The position numbers were made by a program, and so were the translations under genes. Below the pieces are notes generated by a model, which had not been told where the DNA came from, searched no databases, and saw only the letters and a list, made by a program, of their open reading frames with translations. From the human T2T-CHM13v2.0 reference genome, Homo sapiens, in NCBI RefSeq assembly GCF_009914755.1, contig NC_060931.1: a stretch of DNA of 64,000 bases; one strand, 5' to 3'. Shown one piece after another: positions 1-16,509 of the stretch. How positions within the stretch are numbered: position 1 is the first letter of the stretch; each line of letters opens with the position of its first letter.

Positions 1-154
1 ACAAGCCATGGTGTGCACCTATATGTGTTTGGATAAGAGCACTGGGGGACCCCCATCCACACACTAAAGGAGGTTTAAGAAACTCAGGCCATGAACGGCT
101 AAAGCACAGGGCTTGGTTTCAGAGAGCCAGAGAAGGTTAGAGCTAGAAAGAAGT

Positions 155-225
155 TGTTTTACAGATGGGGAAACTGAGTCCTGAAGAGGATGCTTAACTT
201 GCCCAAGGTCACGTGTCTAGTAGAC
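155..225 (-). mobile_element. MIR SINE fragment
   Basis: ttttacagatggggaaactgag...aacttgcccaaggtcac is the reverse complement of the MIR core. Confidence 0.75.
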
Positions 226-348
226 CACTGGAAACTCTCTTGATACCTGGAGCCCTTCAATAAATGGGCAGGTAAACTGGTCTAATCTTTCTGGAAAGCA
301 ACTCGGAAATTGATCATATGCTTAGAGCCAGGACTTCCTGCCCATACT

Positions 349-1290
<942 letters not shown>

Positions 1291-1454
1291 GATTTTTCTC
1301 AATACTCAAAAGACATAATCAGAAATGCAAACAAAGCTTTATGCACAAAGATATTTAAAGTATATTTTATAAGAGCCAAGAATATGTATCATCTTAAAAG
1401 TCCAATATTAAGTGAAGTATTAACTAAATTATATTATACCCTAGATGTAAGATC

Positions 1455-1640
1455 TCTCAAAGATTTTAGGCTTGAATGATTGGAGATGGAGGAAGAACAA
1501 GTTGCAGGAGACGGTGAGGAGTTGCAAACCAAGAGTTCCATTGTGGACATATTATGTTTGAGATGCCTGCAGGCAAGCAGGTGGTTGGTTATACAAATCA
1601 AGAACACAGGGCTAGAAATATAAATTTGAGATTCACATAA
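1455..1640 (-). mobile_element. L2 LINE fragment
   Basis: ggacatattatgtttgagatgcct...gggctagaaatataaatttgag is the reverse of the L2 3' region. Confidence 0.65.
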
Positions 1641-2336
1641 ATAGAATTATCATGTATATATGATCATATCAATATGATTACATCTATATATAAAACCATT
1701 GGAATCATATATGATCATATGGATAGATGTAATATCTATTGGTTGGTTTAAGCCACTCTACTGAGAGCCGTAGGGCAATGCCTATGGCGAGAGGGGAAAA
1801 CACTTCTCTTTCTGAAGCCATCAGGCCTCTTCCTCAGAACACTTGCTTCCTTTCAACCACATCCAGCCTTGTTCCATTAAGGCCCCTTCTGGCTCCCTCT
1901 CTTTTACCATAGACTTGAGTGTTTCAGGCCTATTGATGCACTACAGCATTCCGCATGAGCTTTGGAAAAGAGCCAGTAATGGATTAACCCTTTCTACAGC
2001 TGAAGTTCAAAGTGCTCCCCCAAGACGGAAGCAGTGAAAGAGAAGGTGGACCACAAACTGCACCCTCCTCCCTCCCCAGGAATCTCACTAAGCTCCAGAA
2101 AGAGCTGCAGGTGTCCAAATCAGCAGTGGGTCTCACTGCAATGTGAGTGCATCCATCTTTTTGCTGTTGGGCCCTCAGTGTGGATAAAGAGAAAAAACAA
2201 GAGGAAATGTCCTTCAGGGTCGGTTTCATCCTGGACACAGGATAAAGTGGGACACAGGGCCACGTTCCTCTCTTCTACAGGATTCAAACACTCAGCAACA
2301 CTGCAGTCAAGGGCAAATACATGCATACATGGTTAA

Positions 2337-2754
<418 letters not shown>

Positions 2755-2828
2755 TAAGAAAACACTTATCAGTTTACTTAAAACAGTGAGCAAATTTTCC
2801 TCTTTTCCCCTTTTTATTATTACATATA

Positions 2829-3117
2829 TATTTTTCCAGACAGGGTCTCTCTCTGTTGCCCAGGCTGGAGTACAGTGGCATGATCTTAGCTCACTGCAGT
2901 CTTGACCTCCCAGGCTCAAGCCATCCCCTCAACCTCAACCTCTCAAGTAGCTGAGACTACAGGCCCATGCCACCACACCCCACTAATTTTTGTATTTATT
3001 ATAGAGACGGAGTCTCACTATATTGCCCAAGCTGGTCTCAAACTGGGCTCAAGCAATCTGCCCACCTCTGCCTCCAAAAGTCCTGGGATTACAAGTGTGA
3101 GCCACCATACTTGGCCA
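2829..3117 (-). mobile_element. AluJ-type SINE
   Basis: Diverged dimer with J-type gctcactgcagtcttgacctcccaggctcaagc. Confidence 0.9.
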
Positions 3118-3859
3118 ATCTTTTCCCCTTTTTATAAAAAAAAATATATGTGAAATTGTAGTGTTCCATTTTTTTCCTCCTTTTTCATATATGATTTAAA
3201 ATGTAATCTACATATTTTGCATCATTAAACATCATTAAAAGTAGAAAAACAAAGAACTAGGACTGGGTTTTTCAAAGGTAGAAGTGAAAACACGTTAACA
3301 TAATCATGTAAATATAAGCAAATAATGTAAATATAAACTGATGACTGAGGAGTAAAACACAGGAATAAAAGCAGAAAGGCAGGTGATGAAATAGATTACA
3401 AATCTAAAGAATATGTGGCTGGAAAATGTGGACACCACTCTTCCAAAAGTAGAAACACAGTCTGTATGCTTTGGGTATGTTATGTGTTGGAAGCCGGGGG
3501 TATTTATTTATAGATGTACACCTCTGTCTCTGTCTCTGTCTCTGTCATTCACTTCCAATCCATCTGGAAGGTGGGGATCAGGAAAGTAGCTTCAGGTGAA
3601 ATGGTAAAGTCTTATCTATCCTTCCTCTCACAACACTCCACAGCCCACACCTTTCGGAATGCCTTCCTTTTTCACGAAGCCCTCTGCCCAGCCACCTTAG
3701 GCAGCTCACTCCCTGTGCCCGGCCTCCTGTTCCTGCACTCTCCAGCTCCACCACTCACCTTTCCCGTGGTGTCCTACTCACCCAGACTCAGCTGCCTCTA
3801 ATCTCATTTCTTCCCATAGTCACCTCTGAAGTGTCAAATATCACAGTAAACCCACCGTT

Positions 3860-4030
3860 TCTCCATCCGTGTGACCTTGAGCAATATACTTAATCTCTGG
3901 GTACATTGGTATTCCCCCTATAAGGTGGAGTTAATACTAATGCCTGCTTGTTGTGAATAAGTTTGTGGGTCAAAAGGTGCCACATGGAGAGCACTCAGCA
4001 CGATGTTGACCCATGGTCCCATTCAGCAAG
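3860..4030 (+). mobile_element. MIR fragment
   Basis: gtgtgaccttgagcaatatacttaatctctgg core, diverged. Confidence 0.6.
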
Positions 4031-4078
4031 TGTCAGCTTCCATTCCTATCAAAGACCTGGTGAAACGAAACGAAGTGA

Positions 4079-4487
<409 letters not shown>

Positions 4488-4710
4488 AACACTTATGGTC
4501 TTTATATGAAATACTTCTGAGAATTTCATGAGTTGTCTCTAGATTGATTCTAAAATTGAAAACCAATAAATGCCACTTATGTGATGGCAGCTATGTAAAT
4601 ATTATCACTATAAAATCAAGTAGTGTGCTATGATCACGCTTCCTTCTCCCCTATGCTACACAAAAGAGACTGCACCAGCAACACGTCCAAATGCATTCTC
4701 TCTTTGTATA

Positions 4711-5306
4711 TGTTGGGAGATAATTGCTGATCCTTCTGCACCAGAAACATCTTCTGAGCAAAGGACACCAACAGCTTTGTTCAAAGATGTTTGGATAACA
4801 GACAACCTTGGAACCTAGAGGTAGTATCTCCCCTCTGGGACAGAGGGCAGATTTGTTTATAATAACAGTGATTTCCTCCCTTCAATTTAAAGCAACCTCT
4901 CCCAGACACGTTCTAGGGTAATATAGCTGGACAGCCCTCCTTTTCCTCCCCTGAGATATTCCTGGGTAATGAAGCCAACATCTCTACTTGGAAGGAGAAG
5001 AGGCAGCTTTGATGGCTATACCTGTAGAAGATCAAGATCTCCCATCTGCATGTTACTCAGCTGTGCACGAACCCACTGTATGTGCAACATCCACCTAAGC
5101 CTGCTCCACACTGTCCCCATGAGACCTGGGGGCAAAGGGGAGCAAGGCAAACATGGAGTCCACGGAGCCTGCTGTACTGTGAGTAATAATCCAAGTCCCC
5201 TGGGCTCATTTCTCCTTACTGGCTGAAGCTCTACAGTATGGCGAATCAAGCAACTTAGTAGTTTCAGTGGATGCTGCCGCTTAAGGACTGCTCGACTATT
5301 TTAACA
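4711..5306 (+). mobile_element. ERVL solo LTR (LTR40-like)
   Basis: Starts tgttgggagataatt; internal aaagatgtttgg...ccttggaacctagag...gggcagatttg and gctgtactgtgagtaataa; ends ttaaca. Confidence 0.7.
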
Positions 5307-5339
5307 GTTTACTCCAATTATTCAAAATCATTGTGCCAC

Positions 5340-6215
5340 AGTTTGGTTTTCTTTTTGACTTGTGCCTTTCTTGTATAATTTGTTGTTGTTGTTTCCTGGA
5401 ATTTTTCCTTCATTCTATGGCTTGGTCTTATTCTCAGACTTTTCCAAGCCATTGATCATACAATTTTCTATCAAATTCCCCTCTCTTGTTTTTTCTAGAT
5501 CATTCTCTGATGGTCTCCATGCTCCTCTCCTTACGTGGACTAGTTGCTCTGGAGGCCTTCTATGTAGTTGTTATCTGGGAACTTTTCTTCTAGATTGAAT
5601 GTACTATTTCCTAAAACTCATGTTAGTATTTATTGTTTTACTTTCTCATTTTGCTGAATTACATCTGCAAGTAACTCCCAAAGAAAAGGTGCTTTGTGCC
5701 TGTAAAGTCAATATTTTGAGTTTTTAATTATATAAGAAGATTGTTATTCTTATTTTACATTTGATGATTTAGATTGGTATAGAATTGAAATCAATTCTCT
5801 TCAGAAATTTGATGGCATTTTTCCATTTTCTTATAGCATCAATGGCTGTTGATGAGATATCATATGTCAGTATGATTCCTGTTCATTGGTAGGTAATCTT
5901 TTTGTTTCCTCCCTGAAGTCTTTGATTTCTTATCTTTATACTTAATTCCCTGAATATCTAAATGAGGGCTTTTAAAATTTATTCTGTATAGATCTTTCAC
6001 TTTGAATATTTATGTTCTCCTTTAGTTCCGGGAAATGTTCTTGTATTATATCAGTGATATTTTCCAGCCTCTTCTCTCTATCTAGAATTCTTGTTAGTCA
6101 GGATTCTAGCTCCTAGACTCATGTTACATAACTTTTCTTTCCTCATACTTTAAAAAAATCTCATTACATTTTGTTCTTTATTATGAGAGACTAGCTTGAG
6201 TACATTTTCTACCAA
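5340..6215 (-). mobile_element. Old L1M/HAL1 ORF1-region fragment
   Basis: T-rich, ggtatagaatt...cttcagaaatttgatggcatttttcc, typical of antisense HAL1/L1M; further pieces near 7320-7545 and 8295-8350. Confidence 0.6.
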
Positions 6216-7317
6216 CTGAGTCATCAAGATCCTGGAAGGAAACAGATGGCACATGCAAAAGGTAAGTGAGGAAAATTTAATAAGGCAACTATTTGTAGAG
6301 TTACGGTCAGTGCTAAAGAACCAACAAAGAATGGTGAAGTTCTCATAGATTAGCAACAGTGCAAAGCCATTATCACCCCTAAACCTGAAAGGGTCTGGAA
6401 AAAAAGCAAAGTTATTGGAAAATGAGCTGCAGCCATGAATGAAGGACCATCTGGCAGGAATTGTGGCCACAGCAGAGAAAACCAGCCATTGCCAAAACCA
6501 CACTCAGCAGAGTACTGAAGATTCTCATTATTCATGGTAGCTATGTTCTATCAAGTCACCACAAGCACTGAATCAGCAAATACTGTTCCTAGGAGAATTA
6601 CGGGGTTAGGTTCCTGTAAGCTTCTGGTCACATTATTGCCAATATTTAATTCATAACCTTGTTTTATGTGTGTTTCTGTTTAAAGACATCATATTTAATG
6701 TATGTTGTGGATCCATTAACATTAAACTCATGGCTAATAGCCCTTATCATACATGTCTGAACAAAGGTTATCTAATCTGTGTTTTTTTCCATAAGGCACC
6801 ACATCACAGCTTTCTCACACTTAGGAACAGTAGACACTTGGGGCATTTTAAACACTGAAATCACCAAAAAAAAAAAAAAAAAAAAATCCACTAAATGTAA
6901 AAGTATGGCACTAAATAGACTGAGAAAAGGACACCTGTTTATACTGTGCGAGCTTAAACAAGAAGGGAGAGCATTGCCTGGTTCCACCTCAGCTGGGAAG
7001 TGTGTATCCAGCAACTCAAATTTTTTGCCACTCTGTGCCTGTCTGTAAATGACAAAAGAAGTCCATAAGCACTGACTTTGGGGTGATGAATAAATTAGTG
7101 AATAGGTGAATTCACATATGTGGAATCCAAGAATAATAAAGATTGATCATGCTTTCTTGCCCTCTAATCAACTGGCGTTTCTTTGGCCAAACTCAACCAG
7201 AAGTCAGAAGCAACAAAGCCCAGATAATACAATTTGTACAAGTCAGTCTCCCAGGCACACAGTAAGGTAGAAAAGAACAGAATAGATCTGGAGGGACAAA
7301 CAGAAAATCCAATCCAC
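6215..7317. mobile_element. ERVL LTR (LTR67B/LTR33-like), split by MER82
   Basis: aggaaacagatggcac...tttaataaggcaactattt before MER82 and ggccaaactcaaccagaagtcag...gatctggagggacaaacag after it. Confidence 0.55.
6515..7148. mobile_element. MER82 (TcMar-Tigger) DNA transposon
   Basis: gattctcattattcatggtagctatgttctat...ggttaggttcctg at the start and gaatccaagaataataaagattga at the end (degenerate TIRs). Confidence 0.8.
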
Positions 7318-7456
7318 CCTTACCATTGAATTTCAAAATTGGCAGTTATATTTTTCACTTCCAGAAGATCTTCCATTCTCTAATTGTTCTTTTTTTTTTT
7401 TTTTTTTTGACATTTTACACACAGACAAATATCTTCTCAAATTTCTCTGAAGATAA

Positions 7457-7892
<436 letters not shown>

Positions 7893-7909
7893 TAATCAGT
7901 AAATATAGG

Positions 7910-8294
7910 TGTCTTAGTCTGTTTTGTTTTGCTATAACAGAAAACCTGACACCGAGTAATTTATAAAGAGGTTTATTTAGCACATCATTCTGCAGCCTGA
8001 GAAGTTCAAGGGGAATGGCCCTAGTATCTACTCAACTTCTGGTGAGGGCCACGTGCTACATCAAAACACGGCAGAGAAGGCCAAAGGGGAAGTGAACACA
8101 AGCAAGGAACTCGTGGGAACCAGATCATTCCTGGGAGAACTCACTCCCATGAGAGACACCATTTTTCTATTAATTAGGGATCTGTCCCCATGACCCAAAC
8201 ACCTCCCATTGGGCCCCACCTCCCAACACTGCCAGCTGGCAATTAAACTTCCACATGAGTTTTAGTGGAGACAAACCACATCCAAACCATAGCA
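7910..8294 (-). mobile_element. MaLR solo LTR (MST family)
   Basis: tgtcttagtctgtttt...acatccaaaccatagca termini. Confidence 0.85.
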
Positions 8295-8352
8295 ACAGAT
8301 ATTTCTTTTCCGTATCATATTCTTTCCTCAACTGTATGACCGTATTTGTAAT

Positions 8353-8664
8353 ATTTATTTATTTACTTACTTATTTGAGACAGGATCTCACTCTATTGCC
8401 CAGGCTGGAATGCAGTGGTGTGCTCATGGCTCACAGCAACCTCAATCTACCTGCCATCAGGTGATCCTCCCATCTCAGCCCCGCAAGTAGCTCGGACTAC
8501 AGGTGCACCCCACCACACCTGGCTAATTTTTGTATTTTTTGTAAAGATAGGATCTCGCCATGTTGCCCATGCTGACCTCAAACTTCTGGGCTCAAGGGAC
8601 CCACTGCCTCGACCTCCCAAAGTGCTGGGATTACAGGTGTGAGCTACTATGCCCAGCCTGGCCA
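8353..8664 (-). mobile_element. AluJ-type SINE
   Basis: Diverged dimer with J-type positions. Confidence 0.9.
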
Positions 8665-8760
8665 TACTTTTTTTAATGAGGTAATAGAAAAGGTAACTGG
8701 GAGTTTCTTGTCAAAGGTACGGCCTGTTAGCACTGTTGACAAGTAGGCTTTACTCCAGAT

Positions 8761-8953
8761 TAGGGCTTCTCAACCTTGACACTACTGATGCTTAGGCCCA
8801 AGTCTTTGTTATGGGGCTGACCTAATAGCATCCCTGGCCTCAACCCACTGGATGCCAACAGCCTTGCCCTTCTTGTGGTGACTATCAAAAATGTCTCTAG
8901 ATATTGCCAAATGTCTACTTAGGGCTAAAATCACCCCCTGGTTGGAAACCATC
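8761..8953 (-). mobile_element. MER20 hAT-Charlie transposon
   Basis: ttctcaaccttgacact...aaaaatgtctctagatattgccaaatgtc...ggttggaaacca. Confidence 0.8.
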
Positions 8954-8964
8954 ATCTCATCATC

Positions 8965-9425
<461 letters not shown>

Positions 9426-9814
9426 ACAGTAAGAAGGTGAAATACTTGCCATTTTACTGGCACAGTAGAACATAAAAAAAGAGCATGATTTTTTTCACCT
9501 CCCAAGAACTGAGCGCATAGCCTGGACTCTCCGTTATCAGCCCTGCTTCCTGCTCCCACCCTTAAATATTTCAATATTCAAGTCAGGAGCCTGCACTAAC
9601 TTCCACCAAGCTGATCACCCCCTCTATGGCTCACCCATACTCCAGTATTCTAAGGTGCCACTCCCCATTCCACTGGTCAACACTCTCCCTCTCACTGTGC
9701 ATTTCCAAGAAAACTGATGAAACCTCCCATCACATTGCTTCCCTCCCATTCTCTCTGTTTTGTCAGTTTCTACCTTTCTTATCCCTGTACTATAATGTGT
9801 TAAGTTGTCAGTGG

Positions 9815-10444
<630 letters not shown>

Positions 10445-10714
10445 TCATTCTGGAGGCTGAAAAGCAGCAGGAAGGGCCGAGAAGCAGCCCACATGGCACT
10501 GGAGAATCCCGTAAAGGCTCAGGAATTGATGGCACCAGGTACCTCTTGAAAACACAGGCAGAGTAAGTAAAAGTTTACCTACTGAATATGAAGCTTGATT
10601 CCTGCATTGCAAACCCTCCCCACCCCCAGATTTCTTCCCTGACTCAGCTCCCAGAAGGTTAGCCAGCCAGGCTCATACTCTTCCAGCCAGGGAGTTGGAA
10701 AGAAATTTTTCCAA

Positions 10715-11480
10715 AAGTTAGAGACCTGAATTTCCAGATATATAAGTCCATCTCATGGCCTGCAAAATACATGAAAGTGATCCACATAGAGGTACGTCAT
10801 GTTTCAGAACAGCAAGGCCAAAGAATAGGTCCTTCAAGTTTCCAGATAGGGAGAAAAATAGGGCACATACTCACCCGGAGATGGGAATCTGCACGGCTTC
10901 AGATTTCTCAACAGCAACACTGAGTGCACTGCCTTCGAATGTTGAAGGGAAAATGATTTCCAACCTGGAACCATGCTACAGCTTGGATGCTTGTCCCTTC
11001 CAAATCTAATGTTGGAGTCTGATCTCCAGTGTTGGAGGTGAGGCCTAATGGGAGGTGTTTGGGTCATGGGGGTGGATCCCTCATGAATAGATTAATCCCC
11101 TCCAGGAGGTGGGTGGGGGTGAGTGAATTCTCGTTCTGTCAATTCCCATGAGAGCTGATGGCTAAAAGGAGCCTGTTACCTCCCCTCTGTCTCTCTCTCT
11201 TGCTTCCTGTCTTGCCGTGTGATCTGCACACACCAGCTCCCCTTCACCTTCTTCCATGAAATGAAGGCAGCTTCTGCCCTTACCAGATGCAGAGGCCCAG
11301 CCTTGAACTTTCCCAGACATGAGAACCATGAGCCAAAGACACCTTTTTCTTTATAAATTACCCAGCCTCAGATATTCCTTTATAACAACACAAAACAGAT
11401 AAGACAAACCATATGTCAGGTGAATTACTGTGAGAGTACACTAACCACATTTCCAGGTTTGTAGAATCTCAATCCAAATT
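10715..11480 (+). mobile_element. HAL1/L1M ORF1-like fragment, split by an MST LTR
   Basis: cagatttctcaacagcaacactg...gaagggaaaatgatttccaacctggaa. Confidence 0.6.
10974..11406 (+). mobile_element. MaLR solo LTR (MST family)
   Basis: tgctacagcttggatg...aacagataagaca; perfect 5-bp TSD aacca. Confidence 0.9.
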
Positions 11481-11757
11481 AGATCTACTATTCTCCTACT
11501 GTCAGCATTCCCCTTTGCTTGCCTTTAAGTGGGGAGAAGGCAGTAAGGAGGTATGTGCTCCCCTGGAACAGAGATTCCCACGCTGCATGTCCTGCAGAGT
11601 GCCTGTGCCCCGCAATTCTCCTCTGTGGACCAGGGGAGGGTGGGGAGGCCCCCGCCTCCCACCATTCCTCTCCGTGGAATGACGGAGGGTGGGGACCAGG
11701 CCTTCTCATCTCTTGCTGATTCAGGTGTTGTACATTTCACCCTTCCAGTAAACACAT

Positions 11758-12256
11758 TGTAGAGGAGGAAAACTTTTTTCTCTGTACTTCTAGGTTCTCC
11801 AGCTGGGGCTCTTGAAATTAAACTGGCAAAAGATAGACTAACCAGAAGGAAGTACAGTGTATTCATATACACAGCATGTATCCATGCAGGAGAAAGGTAG
11901 TGACCAATAACTGGAAGGGATGATTAGAACTTAAGGTTCTATAGCATCTTAACAAAGAACAGTAAATTTGTAGAGAAATGACAACACTAAGGGGTTTAGG
12001 CTTTTAGGGACCGCACACTATGGGAAGGTAAATGTACAGAGGAAGCTAACAGAAGATGCAGGTTATTTTAGGAATGTTTGTTGTATAGATTCCTTCGCGC
12101 TGTCTTGAAGCAAATAAGTCTAAGCCTACTTTTACCAGGCAGGGGGAGGCAGAGAATGCTTTTTTTGGCATCTGCTCTTCCACAATTGTCTTCAGCTCAA
12201 AACAATCCTTAGGCCAGAGTGGTATATTTTGGGGTGACATATTCTGATCCCCTACA
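11758..12256 (-). mobile_element. ERV1 solo LTR (MER31/MER34/MER67 group)
   Basis: The - strand begins tgtaggggatcagaatatgtcaccccaaaatat...ttttgagctgaag; TG...CA ends. Confidence 0.75.
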
Positions 12257-12257
12257 C

Positions 12258-12583
12258 CAGGGGTTCCCAATCCCCAGGACCATGGTCTGTTAGAAACTGG
12301 GCTGCATAGCAGGAGGTGAATGGGGTACAAGAGAGCATTACCACCTGAGCTCCGCCTCCTCTCAGATCAGCGACAGCATTAGGTTCTCATAGGAGTACAA
12401 ACCCTATTGTGAACTGTGCATTCGAGGGAACTGTGCATGCTCCTTATGAGAATCTAACTAATGCCTGATGATCTGAGGTGGAGCAATTTCATGCCAAAAC
12501 CAACCCCCACTCCCTTGTCTGTGAGAAAACTGTCTTCCATGAAACTGGTCCCTGGTGCCAGCCAAAAAGATGGGGGACCGCTG
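12258..12583 (+). mobile_element. MER1B hAT-Charlie transposon
   Basis: TIRs caggggttccc / ggggaccgctg; 8-bp TSD ccctacac/ccctacag. Confidence 0.9.
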
Positions 12584-13099
12584 CCCTACAGTATGATGAA
12601 AGAATTTGTTCCAAGCCCTATGCCCTTCAGGTGACATCCCAAGCTTAATAAAAATAGCACATAAGCTTGAACTAAACTTCCTACCTTGGTCAAGGAGTTG
12701 GGAGGGTAGGAAGAGAGTGTGTGATGATCTCTCTGGTTAATTTTCCTTTTCTGTAAAATGTGAACAATAGTGTCTATTTTTCCAGGACTCTCTGAAAATC
12801 AGAGATAACATATATTGAGGACTTAGTAGATTAGTTTGCTTATGTTGGGGACAATCATAACTATTTTATTACTTAATTACTTCAGTTTGCCCTTCTTAAA
12901 ATACAGCAGCCAGGTGTTACCTGAGTGGTACCAAATACAGAATCTGGACTCTCCACTCTGATTAATGCTGACTGTGACTGGTGCGGCCTTCTCCAGCTGC
13001 TAACTCAGGGTGGACCTGAGATAAGCTAAAATACCCGATTTTTTTTTCTCTTTCCTTTATTAAGTAAAATTTAAGTGCTAAACTATTTATTTCTACTGA

Positions 13100-13688
<589 letters not shown>

Positions 13689-15392
13689 AAAAATTACATG
13701 ATTATTATATAGAAAAAGTAAATTTTAAAAACCTCTCATTTCATTGATAAATAGCTGTAACATTTTCCAGTTTTGAAAAGGTATGGATCAACACCCCTGA
13801 GCATGAAAACATCATGATACCCCTATATGGATTTAAAATAAAAATAAGACTAAGCCACAAAAAAATATTGTTTTGCAAAATGACACACAGCACACAGGAA
13901 TGCCAAAATTGTTTTAAAGGCTTTCCCCTAGAAGTTTCTCATCTGGGTTGTGAATGGGTTTTTTGATGGTGGTAATGGTGGTTTTCGTTATTGTTATTTT
14001 TACTGCTGCTGTATTGGTGCCCCAAGCAAGTGACTAGCCAGCATTCTGTTATCCAACAGCATTCCTGAACCAGCTATAAAAATCATCAGACCAGTGAAAA
14101 TGGCTCTTATTTGAAAATTCATAAAAATACAGAGTTAGAAGGAACATTAGATATAATCTAATCCAAACTCCTGTCATGAAAAAGAAATACCCGATGCTTT
14201 AAAATTCACAGGGAAAATTGTTCACATCCATCATCTAATTCTCAGCTCCACACTGTCAGGCAGCCCATCCCACATCAGTCCGCCTTCTCCCCGGATTTCT
14301 GGCCATTTGTCCACAACTCTACACAGCTGAGAGCAGCAGTGGACACAGACTCCACTCCCTGCCCAGAAGTGAATGCTGATTACTCAAATCCCTTCTCCTC
14401 CAGGAAAACTCTGCTGAAAAAGATTCCTTATACCACTCGGATACCTCTTAGGGTACCTCTTAGGATACCTGGATCCTAAGAAAGATGCAATGAAAGACAA
14501 CTGTGGAGACTGTCATGGTTGGATGTGAGGTCACTGCTATATGAAATCTCGCCTACAGGACAGACTACGTTTCTTTGTTAACCAGTTTGAGTCAGTTTTT
14601 CTGTTTCATGAAGCCAAAATAATCCTACCCAATATAGGAGGGCATTTGAGTTCCATTAAACACATGAGGAGCTGAGGCTCAAAGATAAGTTACTTCCCAA
14701 ACTAGCACAGGAGCAGAGCCAGCACTAAAAGCCCCCGACAAATATTTTAACTCATTCTACTACACCCCAGAGCATGGGGGCTGATGCTTGAGCCACCCCC
14801 TACAATGCCTCCTCCATGTGTTCAACTCACGTTTTATTTCTTGAAACCCAGAGGGCACCTGGTTCTCACCTGCCTCCAGGCGAGCCACTGGGGACGACAT
14901 TCAAAGAGATCTTGTTCTTGTTCACAACAGAATCATTCCTTCGTGGACTTGCCTGGTCTGCTACTTGGAGCAACCTCAAGGCTGCAACTCAACAAGCATC
15001 GTTAAATACACAGGTAGATAATTAGCAAGTTTGTTGCCAGCTGCTACCTGGAGTTTGGACACAGAAAAGATTTGAAGGCAGCCGAGATTGCCTTCAGCAC
15101 CAACTTTAGAGTCCTGGCTTGAAAGCTGGAACCTTTGCGTCCTCCTAGAGCTGGGGATATTCGAGTGTAAAGAGATCTCAGAGGGGATCTTGTCCAACGG
15201 CATCATTTCACAGGTGACATGAGTGAGCCCTGATGCCAGGCAGCAGGTTAGTTGCGGAGCTGGGGCTACAACTCAGTTCCCCCGCCCGGCTCCCAGCAAA
15301 GCATTTCCCGGAGCAATCTGCAATGTGGATGGTAACACCTGAAACTTTTTAATGACCTATAATTCTTAAACGCAAATGCACTTTGTTTACAC

Positions 15393-16304
15393 TGACACGG
15401 CTCAGATAAGTGGAGGAACACCAGGGTTCTTGGTCCTTGCACCGGTTTAGATAAAACGACACAGACACACGTGGAGTGGTTTTAAGGAATGGAGAGTTTA
15501 ACAGGCAAGACAGAAGAGAGAAGAAAGAAGCAGCTCCCCCTACACAGACAGAGGGAGGGGGCTCCAAAGCCAAGATAGGAAACACTATCTTGAGTGCCGC
15601 GGATACCAACCAGTTCTGTGAGGAGGCTGGAGGCGGTGTCTGATTTGCACAGGACTCAGAGGATTGGTTTGACCAGGCATGTCATTCACGTGGCCGCAAA
15701 AAAACCGGCCTTCTCACCCTAATCTTTTAATATGCAAATGCAGGGTGCCATGATGTTCTACACACGTGGGGATATGTGGGGGCGGCCATGCTGCCAGACA
15801 CATATGGAGGGGCAGGGAAAGAGGACAAGGGGGGAATCCCCATGTTAGGATGGACCCAGTTTCTAATGGCTTGCATTTGCATATCAAAGGTTGCTAGCCA
15901 GGCTCTAAGAGCCGGGGCTTTCCTGCTAGACAAGAAACTTTTCTGGAGCTACTTTAAAAGAGACAGACGCGGTGGCTCATGCCTGTAATTCCAGCACTTT
16001 GGGAGGCCGAGGCAGGCGGATCATGAGATCAGGAGATCGAGACCATCCTGGCTAACACAGTGAAACCCCATGTTTACTGGCAGGGGCCTGTAATTCCAGC
16101 TACTCGGGAGGCTGAGGCAGGAGAATCGCTTGAACCCAGGAGGCGGAGGAGGTTGCAGTGAGCTGAGATTGCATTCTAGCCCAGGGGACAGTGCTAGACT
16201 CCGTCTCAAAAAAAAAAAAAAAAAAAAAAAAAAGACAGAAATTTTCCAAGGACCCCTTTTCCTCTCTAACCGCCTAAAATAATTTCTTAATAACTCCTAT
16301 AACA
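15393..16304 (-). mobile_element. ERV1 solo LTR, MER61 family, containing an Alu
   Basis: tgacacggctcagat...ggaggaacaccaggg...cacacgtggagtggttttaagg and ...aatttcttaataactcctataaca; TSD acac/atac. Confidence 0.85.
15966..16233 (+). mobile_element. Alu (Sc/Y-like) lacking the middle A-rich linker
   Basis: gtttactggcaggggcctgtaa joins the arms directly; TSD agacaga. Confidence 0.9.
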
Positions 16305-16509
16305 ATACCATGAGGTTCCTGGTTTTGGTCTGAACTGTGCTCACCCAGGATTCATGCTTGTTTTGAGGACCCATAGGATGGGAGCTAGAGGGCCTTATTA
16401 CATAAGGAACCCAGGTGGCCTCAGGGAGTGAGCCATCCTGAAAGGGGACAGGCCAGTTGCACGTGCTTGACCCAACCACATCAGGGGCTCACATTCTAAT
16501 GCCAAGTGT

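Noticed and set aside
15670-15690. p53 response element in MER61
   Set aside because: Some MER61 subfamilies carry p53 sites, but only one imperfect half-site (aggcatgtca) is visible here.
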